From positions 2,319-66,318 of IMG/VR virus record IMGVR_UViG_3300003323_000550: a stretch of DNA of 64,000 nt. One strand, written 5' to 3'. The DNA is from a virus. Shown piece by piece: positions 8,879-17,198 of this stretch (its first letter is position 1; each line of letters opens with the position of its first letter). The notes beneath the pieces are model-generated. The model was not told where the DNA came from, searched no databases, and saw only the letters and a list, made by a program, of their open reading frames with translations. The translations under genes and the position numbers were made by a program.

Positions 8879-9823
8879 ATGCCTGGACCGGATGACAAGC
8901 CTGTAGACGCCGCCGTCGCGGCTCCGGCTGTTCCGGACAATTCCCCCCCATCGGCACCGCCGGAAGCGCCGGGCTCGGCGCCGCCAGACCCGGCTGCTGC
9001 TGCATCACCTGCGCCGGCCGCGGACGCCGCTCCAGCGACCGGCGCAGATGCAGTTCCTGTCGAGGCCGCCAAGCCGGCCGAAGATGTCGACGCCACGCTG
9101 CTCGACAAGTTCGATGAAAAGAACAAGGCACCGGCCGAGGCCAAGCCCGACGAGGCGGCGAAGCCAGACGACCAGCCAAAGCCCGTCGAGGAGCCCAAGC
9201 CCGAAGACGGCAAGCCGGTCGAGGAGCCGCCGAAAGAGGACGCCCAGGCCAACGCGCTGGTGCCGGTCGATTACTTCGCGGCCGAGACCGGGATCAAGCT
9301 GCCCGAAACCATCACGATGGACGATGCCCTCAAGGGCGAGTTCACCACGGCGCTGGATCTGCTGCGCACCGATCCGCTCAAGGGCGCTCAGGCGCTGGTC
9401 GATCTGCACAATGCCCAGATGGTGGCCTACGACGAGTTCAAGACCCAAGAGCAGTGGCGCGCGTTCCGCGAGACCAAGGCCGAGTGGGTCAAGCAGGTGA
9501 TGGCCGACCCCATCCTCGGTGGCGCGGGCCACGACACCGCGATGGCGCAGGTGGCGACCGCCCGCGACATGCTCGCGTCCCGCGCCAAGCCAGGGTCCGA
9601 GCAGTATGCCCGCGAGCTCGCTGAACTGAACACCGCGCTGAAGGTCACGGGTGCGGGCGACAATCCGGCCATCCTCAGGTTCATGCACAACGCCGCGCGC
9701 TATGTCCGCGAGGCGAGCCTGCCGCCACCCAACCCGAAACCGCCGGCCGATATCGGCAAGAACCCCAACACTCGGGGCAAGGCGCTCATGTACGACAACC
9801 CGACTTCCCAGCCGCAAACCTAA
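8879..9823 (+). CDS. Capsid scaffolding protein
   Basis: Pro/Ala/acidic N-terminus, then a helical region with W...DP.LGG and GAGDNPAILRF. Directly before the MCP. Confidence 0.85.
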   Translation: MPGPDDKPVDAAVAAPAVPDNSPPSAPPEAPGSAPPDPAAAASPAPAADAAPATGADAVPVEAAKPAEDVDATLLDKFDEKNKAPAEAKPDEAAKPDDQPKPVEEPKPEDGKPVEEPPKEDAQANALVPVDYFAAETGIKLPETITMDDALKGEFTTALDLLRTDPLKGAQALVDLHNAQMVAYDEFKTQEQWRAFRETKAEWVKQVMADPILGGAGHDTAMAQVATARDMLASRAKPGSEQYARELAELNTALKVTGAGDNPAILRFMHNAARYVREASLPPPNPKPPADIGKNPNTRGKALMYDNPTSQPQT

Positions 9824-9838
9824 CCAGGAGCACGCATT

Positions 9839-10888
9839 ATGCCGACCGGCGCTTGGCCGACCCTCCTCGATGCCGCATCGCGCAGCGAACCCGATGGCAA
9901 CATCCCCCGCATTGCGGAGATGATGAGCCAGCACAATGCGATCGGCGGCGACATGCCGTACAAGGAAGCGAGCGAAATGACGGGGCACACCTTCGTGTTC
10001 CGCTCCTCGATCCCGACCGGCGCATTCCGCCAGTATAACCAGGGCACCCCCTACGGGAAGTCGACCACGGCCAAGGCCCGCGTCGGCATGGCGATGTTGC
10101 GCGGCTACAGCCAGATCGATCGCGATCTCGCCAACCACACCGGCAATGCCCAGCGCTTCCGCGAGACCGAGGACATCGCGTTCCTCGAGGGCATGGGCCA
10201 GACCATCGTCCAGACCCTGATCTACGGCAACACCATGGTGGATCCGACCCAGTTCATGGGCCTCGCCACCTTCTACAACACGATCAACACCGCCGTGGCG
10301 CAGAACGCTGCGAACGTCATCAACGCCGGCGGCGTCGGCACCGACAACACCTCGATGTGGCTGATCGGCTGGGGCCTGCAGTCGATCTATGGCGTCTTCC
10401 CGCGCGGCTCCAAGGCCGGCCTCAACATGGAAGACAAGGGCTCGATCGTTCCGGCCTACGACTCGGCGGGCAACCGGTTCGAGGCATGGACGACCTGGTT
10501 CGGCCAGGATATCGGCCTCGTGCCCGAGGACTGGCGCTACGCCGTCCGCATCGCCAACATCGACACCACCGCCGGTCCGAACGGGCTTGCCGGCGCCTCG
10601 CCGCCGGACCTGTTCGCCTACATGGCGAACGCGATCATGCTGCCGCCGGACACCAACATGCAGCTTTCGGGCATCGACGGCACGGACGCCCCGGCCGACG
10701 ACAGCCAGAAGCGCTGGTGCTGGTACACCAACCGAACCCTGCGCTACTGGCTGGACATCCAGTCGATCCGCAACCGCAACGTCCTGCTCACCGACAAGGA
10801 CTACGCGGGCAATCCGGTCACCACCTGGCGCGGCATCCAGATCGATGTCGTCGACCGCATCATCAACACCGAAGCGGCGCTCACCTGA
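9839..10888 (+). CDS. Major capsid protein
   Basis: 349 aa, strong AGGAG SD, highly biased codons. FR..EDIAFLEGMGQ, FMGLA, PRGSKAGL, DWRYAVRIANID match BPP-1 Bbp17-like MCPs. Confidence 0.92.
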   Translation: MPTGAWPTLLDAASRSEPDGNIPRIAEMMSQHNAIGGDMPYKEASEMTGHTFVFRSSIPTGAFRQYNQGTPYGKSTTAKARVGMAMLRGYSQIDRDLANHTGNAQRFRETEDIAFLEGMGQTIVQTLIYGNTMVDPTQFMGLATFYNTINTAVAQNAANVINAGGVGTDNTSMWLIGWGLQSIYGVFPRGSKAGLNMEDKGSIVPAYDSAGNRFEAWTTWFGQDIGLVPEDWRYAVRIANIDTTAGPNGLAGASPPDLFAYMANAIMLPPDTNMQLSGIDGTDAPADDSQKRWCWYTNRTLRYWLDIQSIRNRNVLLTDKDYAGNPVTTWRGIQIDVVDRIINTEAALT

Positions 10889-10915
10889 GCGCAGGCGAGA
10901 TCAAGGAGAACTGAG

Positions 10916-11473
10916 ATGCTGATTGACTCGCTTGTAAGCTTCATCCCGCCGGGCTCGCCGCTGTCACTGGTTGCCGGTGCCGGCGTTTCCATTCCGTCCA
11001 ACGTGATCGATCTGCTCGGCCTCGGTGCCGGCATTGCGCCATCGAGTTCGGCGATCATCGGCAACGTCACCACATTCGGCGCCGATCTGGGTATCGGCGA
11101 ACTGAAGGGTCAGCTCGAAGTGTTGTTCACCACCGGCTTGGTGGCGGTCGGCGGCTCGACGCTGAACATTCAGTTCCAGGTCGCCCCGGAAGATGCGACC
11201 ACGCATCAGCCGGGGACTTGGCAGACGCTGGTCGAAACCGGCCCAATGACGGCGGCCAACCTTGGCATCAACAAGCGGGCCGCGCGCTTCGACTATCCGC
11301 CGGTGTTCCCGGAGACCCTGCGTCCGCGCTTCGCCCGGCTACTGTTCTCGCCTTCGGCGGGCGGCAGTTTCTCGGCGGGTGCAGTCGTGGCCCCGGTCAC
11401 CATGCAGCGCGACGACGTCGCCAACCTCAACCAGCCGCGCAACTACGCGGTCAAGAGCCCGACCGGCACCTGA
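10916..11473 (+). CDS. Capsid cement/decoration protein (Bbp16-like)
   Basis: MLID start, SNVIDL, DLGIGE, RFARL. Directly after the MCP. Confidence 0.75.
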   Translation: MLIDSLVSFIPPGSPLSLVAGAGVSIPSNVIDLLGLGAGIAPSSSAIIGNVTTFGADLGIGELKGQLEVLFTTGLVAVGGSTLNIQFQVAPEDATTHQPGTWQTLVETGPMTAANLGINKRAARFDYPPVFPETLRPRFARLLFSPSAGGSFSAGAVVAPVTMQRDDVANLNQPRNYAVKSPTGT

Positions 11474-11563
11474 TAGGCGATGCCGTACAAGCCGACAGGA
11501 AAACCGCCGGGGCGCCCGCGTTTAGACGGGCTCCCCGCCGGTTCTGCGAAGAAGGGAGCCGAG

Positions 11564-12400
11564 ATGGCTAACGAGAACGAGACCACGCCGAAGGCTGCTG
11601 CTCCGGCTTCCGAGTCGCCCAAGACCGAAGCTCCGGTGCTGGTGATGACGCAGGAGCAGTTGGACGAGATCATCGCCGCCGCGACCAACGCCGCGCGCAC
11701 TGATGTCATGGGCGACGTGGTCAAGTTGCTGGCCGGCCGTCAGGCCGAAGGCGCCAGCGACACGTCCTCGATGATCTCCGAGCTCGCCGTGGCCATCGCC
11801 GGCATGTCGGATCAGGGCCAGAACCGCCGCATCATTCCGCCGGCCGAGGCCAAGCGCCGCGAGGAAGCCGCGCTGCGGATGGGCGCGATCCTGATACGGA
11901 TCGACGCCGATCCGTCCCTGCGCCCGCATTACGAGGTCGTGGCCAAGACTTGGCTTGACGACACCCTGATCGAGGAATGGGTGCCCGACGGCGATACCAA
12001 GTGGAAGCGTAACGAGATCATCTGGCGCGGTGCCCCCAACAGCGCCATGCGGCCCAAGAATGCCATCGCCGAGGAGGTGTTCACCGCCTATCTGGAATCG
12101 ATCGGCGGCACCACCAAGAATATGTCGGGCGTACGTGACCAGCCCTCATGGGTAGGCAATGGCGGCCTGCAGATCGTCGGCCAGAGCACCACGGCGGCGG
12201 CGCACGGTCTCGTTCGTGAGCCGGCCGAACCGGCAACGCTCGGTGCCAAGCTCACCTCGAGCAATGAACTGACCACATCGGACAACGCCGCCGACAACCC
12301 AAATGCGGACAAAATCCGCATCCTCGGCAAGACGATGGCGCCGGCGGAGCGGACGGCCCGCGGCAAGCAGCCCTCGCTCTCGTTCCCCTCGTCCAACTAA
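11564..12400 (+). CDS. Hypothetical virion-associated protein (alternative start 11480 adds a KPPGRPR AT-hook-like peptide)
   Basis: Long ORF in the late operon with GGGAG SD. Confidence 0.65.
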   Translation: MANENETTPKAAAPASESPKTEAPVLVMTQEQLDEIIAAATNAARTDVMGDVVKLLAGRQAEGASDTSSMISELAVAIAGMSDQGQNRRIIPPAEAKRREEAALRMGAILIRIDADPSLRPHYEVVAKTWLDDTLIEEWVPDGDTKWKRNEIIWRGAPNSAMRPKNAIAEEVFTAYLESIGGTTKNMSGVRDQPSWVGNGGLQIVGQSTTAAAHGLVREPAEPATLGAKLTSSNELTTSDNAADNPNADKIRILGKTMAPAERTARGKQPSLSFPSSN

Positions 12401-12409
12401 GGGCATGAA

Positions 12410-13426
12410 ATGGCGTCGCGCATTGCTGGTCGGCTGATCGGGCTCGCTGCCCTGCTCATCGCAGGGCTGTTGCCCACGGTCGCCCTTGGCGCGACGCTCT
12501 ACGTCACCGAGTTCGCATCGCCGATCTCGCAGGATCGCTCGCAAACCGCCCAGAATCTGCCGCAGCCGGCCATCACCTCGCAGACGGTGACGTTCAGCGG
12601 CGCATCGGTCCAATCGGCCGCCTTCAACGCCAACACCCACGGCATCCAGGTTTACTGCGATGCCGGTTGTTCGGTCGTGGTCGGTGCCAATCCGACAGCC
12701 ACCACGTCCAATCAGGTGCTCACCGCCAATCAGCCGCAGACCTTCACGGTGGTGCCCGGTCAGATCATCGCGGTGATCGCCAATTCGAGCGGTAATCCTG
12801 CCGCCGGAACGCCCACCGGCATCACCAGCGTGAACCTCAACCAGGTTGGTGGCGCATCATTTTCGCAGGGTCAGAAGGCGATGGCGGCCAGCCTCCCGGT
12901 GGTCATTGCCAGCGATCAAAGCGCAGTGTCGGTCTCGAATTTCAATGGCGCACTGCAGTCCGACGGTGACGGTATCTCGAACACCAACAGCACCGTGCAG
13001 GTGCTCAACTCGGCTGGCCTATCAGCGCACGGATATTCGATCTATCCGTGGGTCTACAACAACAGCACTTGGGACCGGATGCGCTCTGGCGGCGTCACCG
13101 GCATGGTTGGTGTTACGCCACAGGCGACACCGAGCGGCGGCGCCAGCTACACGCACATTGCGGCAGGTCAGGCGACCACGACGGTCAAATCGGGAGCCGG
13201 CACGATCTACGCCATCATCTTCAACACCAAGGCCACGGCGACCAACGTAACGACGCTCTACGACAACACGGCTGGCTCGGGTACGGTGATCGGCATCCCC
13301 GACGCGGTCAATGTGGCGGTAGGGCAAGCGATCAGTTACGGCCCGGTCGGACTGGCGTTTTCGACCGGCTTAACCATCGTCACGGCGACCGCCAATGGTA
13401 GCGACATGACCGTGGTCTACAAATGA
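12410..13426 (+). CDS. Signal-peptide-bearing beta-rich structural/decoration-like protein
   Basis: MASRIAGRLIGLAALLIAGLLPTVALG|ATLYVTEF. Mature part T/S/G/A-rich with CDAGC. Confidence 0.75.
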   Translation: MASRIAGRLIGLAALLIAGLLPTVALGATLYVTEFASPISQDRSQTAQNLPQPAITSQTVTFSGASVQSAAFNANTHGIQVYCDAGCSVVVGANPTATTSNQVLTANQPQTFTVVPGQIIAVIANSSGNPAAGTPTGITSVNLNQVGGASFSQGQKAMAASLPVVIASDQSAVSVSNFNGALQSDGDGISNTNSTVQVLNSAGLSAHGYSIYPWVYNNSTWDRMRSGGVTGMVGVTPQATPSGGASYTHIAAGQATTTVKSGAGTIYAIIFNTKATATNVTTLYDNTAGSGTVIGIPDAVNVAVGQAISYGPVGLAFSTGLTIVTATANGSDMTVVYK

Positions 13427-13446
13427 TCGGAAAAGGAACCGTATCC

Positions 13447-13830
13447 ATGAAAAATCTGCGCATTTTGTTGCTCGCGATCCTCTGCATCGGGATAGGCAGC
13501 ACCATCGGCGCCTTCGGTGCCTTTCAGTCGGGCGTACTGACGCTGACCGGCTTCCCCACCTTGGGACGCATTCCGATCGACAACGGTGGCCCCGAGTTCA
13601 CCAATTTGCGCGAGGCCGCCGGCACGGTGACGCTGAACGGCGCGACGCCGGTCACGGTCACCAACGCAAACATCACCACCGGCTCGGTCATCATCTTCAC
13701 CCTCAAAACGGTCGGCGGCACGGTGAGCCCGAATGCACCGAACGTTCTGACCATCACGCCAGGCACCGGTTTCACCGTCGGCGGCACGGCGCTGGATACG
13801 TCGACTTACAATTTTGTCATTCTGGGATGA
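13447..13830 (+). CDS. Signal-peptide-bearing small fibre/decoration-like protein
   Basis: MKNLRILLLAILCIGIGSTIGAFG|A. C-terminal AGTVTLNG..VTVTN..IT..S.I..T pattern typical of fibre-tip domains. Confidence 0.7.
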   Translation: MKNLRILLLAILCIGIGSTIGAFGAFQSGVLTLTGFPTLGRIPIDNGGPEFTNLREAAGTVTLNGATPVTVTNANITTGSVIIFTLKTVGGTVSPNAPNVLTITPGTGFTVGGTALDTSTYNFVILG

Positions 13831-14311
13831 ATCGGCGGTAGCCCTTATGAGCCCACGGACGAGCACCGCTGACCACCTGAAACATGGCTCCCTGATTGAG
13901 TCCGTGTTCCCGGCAGAACTTCGTGAGGTTAATACCGTGGATCACCGTTCCATCTGGGGCGATGACGGAAAAGGGCTTCTGTTTACGCTTCCGCATGGCC
14001 TCTTTGTTGGCATCGGAAGTAGTCTTCCCGAAGTACGGATGGGCCTCTCCCTTCGGAAAGCGATATGCACGAGAATTTCGACCCTTTGCGGCGCAGTCCT
14101 TCATATTGTCCGACTGCGTGCCCTGAAACAGATGCTCCAAGCGAACGCATCTCGTGTTATCGCAATGATGCAAAACGTAGAGCTTCGGATGCATCGGGCC
14201 GTAGACCTGCTCGGCGTAAGCCTTTCGATGTGGGCCATAGCCGGAGCCATTGACGGCTCCGGTCCAATTCCAGCATTCATCCGTCTTGTCGACGCGCGAC
14301 CAATCAACCAT
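13817..14311 (-). CDS. HNH homing endonuclease with NUMOD3-like motifs
   Basis: CWNWTG..NGSGYG, VLHHCDNTRCV...HLFQGTQSDNMKD, GEAHPYFGK. Antisense to the late operon with different codon usage. Confidence 0.9.
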   Translation of the reverse strand: MVDWSRVDKTDECWNWTGAVNGSGYGPHRKAYAEQVYGPMHPKLYVLHHCDNTRCVRLEHLFQGTQSDNMKDCAAKGRNSRAYRFPKGEAHPYFGKTTSDANKEAMRKRKQKPFSVIAPDGTVIHGINLTKFCREHGLNQGAMFQVVSGARPWAHKGYRRFIPE

Positions 14312-14384
14312 GCGCCGACGATATGCCGTAGACCGTCAATCTTCAACTACGCCGTCGTTTGACGCGAACCCAAGGAGAATCCAC

Positions 14385-15677
14385 ATGAAACTCACTCATC
14401 TCGCTGGGCTCGCGATTGCGGCCCTTCTCACTCTGGGGGCGGCAGTTGCCGATGCCCAGACCCTACCGCAGGTCACCTCGATCAACCCCACGGATTTGAT
14501 CCAGGTCATTCCCCGCGGCGTGCCATCGGCCGGTAATCAGTATGCCAGCACCACACAGTTGGCCGGCTTCGGCATTTCAGCGGCGACCAAGATCAACGCT
14601 CTGATCGGCGGCGATGCCGGCACCAATCTGTTCCAGCGCGCCACGACCGGCTCGAGCGTCACGACCACCATCACCTATGGCGGCCCGGACCGCTGGGCCT
14701 ACTGGTCTGGCACGAATACGGCGATGACCGTCAGCCGCGACACCACGGCGGCCGATCTTCCCGCCAGCGGTAGCTACCAGGCCGCGTTCAAGATGGCGCG
14801 TACGTCCGGCCAGACCGGCGTCGTGCCGCTCTGCATGGTGCAGGAAGTCGAGTCGGTGAACTCCTACATGTTCCAAGGAGCCACCGCCGAACTCGATTTC
14901 TGGGCGACTGCGGGGGCCAATTTCTCGGCGGCAAATAGCGCGCTGACGGCCTACATCATCACCGGCACCGGCACCGATGAAGGCGTCTCCAAGATGGCCT
15001 TCGCCTTCAATGCGGGTGGAGGCGGCTCCAGCACTTGGACCGGTCAGGCGACGACCGTAGCCGATGTGGCGACGATCAGCACCGTGCCGACCCGGTTCGC
15101 GGCGGTCGGCGTGATCCCGGCGGGCACCACCGAGATCGGCGTGGTGTTCTGCTATACCCCGGTGGGGACGGCGGGCACCAATGACTATGTGGCGCTGACC
15201 GGCATTCAGTTGAGCCGCAATGCGGCGCTGACTTCGATCGCTTCGCAGACCACGGCGACCGACTGCTCGACGATCAACTGCTCGTCCTATGACCGGCGTC
15301 TGATCGGACAGGAAACCGCCCTGCAGCAGCGCTACTTCTACAAGATCGCGGAAAGCGCTGCGATTACGGTCATCGCTCCATGCGCCAACTCGACCACGTC
15401 ATTGGCGCTGTGTCAGGTGCCTTTCCCGACGACTATGCGAACGGCACCGACGATGACCTATACGACCGGCTTTGCGGCCAACACCACCACGGCCATGACC
15501 GCTGTGACGGCGTGCACGTCCCTCGGCACTTCCACGGCGGTTGCCTCGACCGCTGCAAACGTACAAGGTGTCTTGGTGGCGTGCGGATCATCGGCCGGCT
15601 TCGGCGCGGCTGGCACGACCAGCTTCCTATATTCCAACAACGGCTCAGGCGTCATCAACGCCAGCGCCGAACTCTGA
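14385..15677 (+). CDS. Signal-peptide-bearing fibre/carbohydrate-binding-like protein
   Basis: AAGGAG SD; MKLTHLAGLAIAALLTLGAAVADA|Q. N.LIGGD...FQR...YGGPDRW and LQQRYF...FPTTMRTAPT motifs of phage fibre domains. 8 Cys. Confidence 0.8.
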   Translation: MKLTHLAGLAIAALLTLGAAVADAQTLPQVTSINPTDLIQVIPRGVPSAGNQYASTTQLAGFGISAATKINALIGGDAGTNLFQRATTGSSVTTTITYGGPDRWAYWSGTNTAMTVSRDTTAADLPASGSYQAAFKMARTSGQTGVVPLCMVQEVESVNSYMFQGATAELDFWATAGANFSAANSALTAYIITGTGTDEGVSKMAFAFNAGGGGSSTWTGQATTVADVATISTVPTRFAAVGVIPAGTTEIGVVFCYTPVGTAGTNDYVALTGIQLSRNAALTSIASQTTATDCSTINCSSYDRRLIGQETALQQRYFYKIAESAAITVIAPCANSTTSLALCQVPFPTTMRTAPTMTYTTGFAANTTTAMTAVTACTSLGTSTAVASTAANVQGVLVACGSSAGFGAAGTTSFLYSNNGSGVINASAEL

Positions 15678-15687
15678 CGAGGTCGAT

Positions 15688-15939
15688 GTGAGCGAGTTCG
15701 GCTTCATCACGGTCCAGTTCACGGGACGTAACGGATCGGGGACTATCAGCGTCCCCGGTCTCAAGAGCGGCGACAAGGTGATCTGGTCCGCCTACACCAG
15801 AAGCCCTGCTCCGCAGCTTTACAGCGCGCCCGGAGCCTTCATCGACTTTCAGGTGACGGTCGATGACCAGATCGAACAGATCGACACCTCGAATAACAGC
15901 AGCGCCACCATTGACGCGCTGATCTATCGGGGCGGTTGA
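15688..15939 (+). CDS. Small beta-rich hypothetical virion protein
   Basis: GAGG SD plus GTG; FTGRNGSGTISVPGLKSGDKV. Confidence 0.6.
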   Translation: MSEFGFITVQFTGRNGSGTISVPGLKSGDKVIWSAYTRSPAPQLYSAPGAFIDFQVTVDDQIEQIDTSNNSSATIDALIYRGG

Positions 15940-16124
15940 TGCCGTTCAAGTCGCAGGCGCAGCGCGGACTCATGTACGCGGCTGCATCACACAAGGGAGG
16001 CGCCGGTGGCGTCTCCCAATCCGCTGCCAAGAAGATGATCGCCGACGATCAGCCAGGCAAACTGCCCGAGCATGTCAGCGACAAGAAGCGGAAGGGGCTC
16101 AGCTACAAATCGATGGGTAGCTGA
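15939..16124 (+). CDS. Small basic phage protein (MPFKSQAQR type)
   Basis: Recurrent phage motif MP.KS.AQR..M.AAA...KLPE.V. Confidence 0.65.
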   Translation: MPFKSQAQRGLMYAAASHKGGAGGVSQSAAKKMIADDQPGKLPEHVSDKKRKGLSYKSMGS

Positions 16125-16162
16125 TGCCGTCGCCCACCCTCATCGACGCCGCCTCGAGGACG

Positions 16163-16399
16163 ATGCCCATGGCCGACAAGCCGAAGCGCAAGAACTGGAT
16201 CCAGAAGGCCGTTCCCGACAAGAACAAGGGCAAGTTCGCCGCCAAGGCCAAAGCCGCCGGCAAGACCACCAGCGAATATGCATCCGAGCATGCAGGGGAT
16301 AGCGGGACGCTGGGCAAAGAAGCTCGCCTCGCCCAGACCCTGATGGGTATGCGCAAGAAGAAGTCGCTCACCTACTCCAATTCCAAGATGAAGGACTGA
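16163..16399 (+). CDS. Small basic phage protein (NWIQ.A..KG type)
   Basis: KNWIQKAV..NKGKF...GK.ARLAQTL; Lys-rich. Confidence 0.65.
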   Translation: MPMADKPKRKNWIQKAVPDKNKGKFAAKAKAAGKTTSEYASEHAGDSGTLGKEARLAQTLMGMRKKKSLTYSNSKMKD

Positions 16400-16403
16400 C
16401 GCC

Positions 16404-16805
16404 ATGGCCCTCAAATACAATTCGATGGAAAAGGCCAAGGCCGAGGAACCCAAGACCGAGCCCAAGCCGGAGGAAAAGCCCGCGCCCAAAGATGGCGAAA
16501 AGCCCGCCGAGAGCAAGGTCATGGCCAGCGACGACGAGTCGGCAGGCACTGCGGCGGCGGATGCGCGCAGCACCATGATGGGGAAGCATTCCGAGGCCCG
16601 TAAGGGGCTGATGAAGACCCATCTCGCCGAGCGCCGCGACATGAACGGTCGCCATCGCGACGAAATCAAGCAGATGCATGATCGCCATGAGAAGGCGATC
16701 CAGGACATGCTCGACGCTCACGACCTCGAACTCAATGGTGCCCAGCCCGCCGAGGCCACGCCTGCCGAGGAGAAGCAGGCGAACACCGAAGCCGGAAACG
16801 AGTGA
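16404..16805 (+). CDS. Charged, His-repeat helical hypothetical protein
   Basis: AAGGA SD. His recurs every 11 residues (KH..TH..RH..RH..AH). Confidence 0.65.
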   Translation: MALKYNSMEKAKAEEPKTEPKPEEKPAPKDGEKPAESKVMASDDESAGTAAADARSTMMGKHSEARKGLMKTHLAERRDMNGRHRDEIKQMHDRHEKAIQDMLDAHDLELNGAQPAEATPAEEKQANTEAGNE

Positions 16806-16812
16806 GGCCGCG

Positions 16813-17178
16813 ATGAAACTCAATCCGATGGTCTCGATGGAACTGGACGAGGAAGAAAGCCTCGACACGGTCATGCCCATCCCGATGGACGAAAAGCCGG
16901 AGTATCCATACGGCCTGCGCATCTGCCTCACCGACGCCGAGATGACCAAATTGGGCATCGATCCGTCTGAAGCGGTGACCGGCATCGGCGGTCTCGTGCA
17001 CATCCACGCCTTGGCCCGCATCACCTCGGCCAGCCTCGATCAGAACGCCGATGGTGCTCGCGCCCGCGTCGAGCTCCAGATCGAAGACATGGCGGTCGAG
17101 AGCGAAGATGACGAAAACGGCGAGGCGGACGACGCGCCCGTTGCCAAGAAGCGCTCGCTGATCTACGCCTCCTCCTAA
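16813..17178 (+). CDS. Capsid staple-like protein
   Basis: PEYPYGLRICL....KLGI ... VELQIEDM pattern. Confidence 0.65.
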   Translation: MKLNPMVSMELDEEESLDTVMPIPMDEKPEYPYGLRICLTDAEMTKLGIDPSEAVTGIGGLVHIHALARITSASLDQNADGARARVELQIEDMAVESEDDENGEADDAPVAKKRSLIYASS

Positions 17179-17198
17179 CCCTGTCCGAGGTCACATCG

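Noticed and set aside
13447-13500. Lipoprotein signals in the 13447, 38459 and 40898 ORFs
   Set aside because: Cys contexts (AILC, AFLC, VAIC) do not fit the lipobox [LVI][ASTVI][GAS]C.
13814-14362. 182-aa plus-strand ORF
   Set aside because: Antisense to the clear HNH endonuclease.
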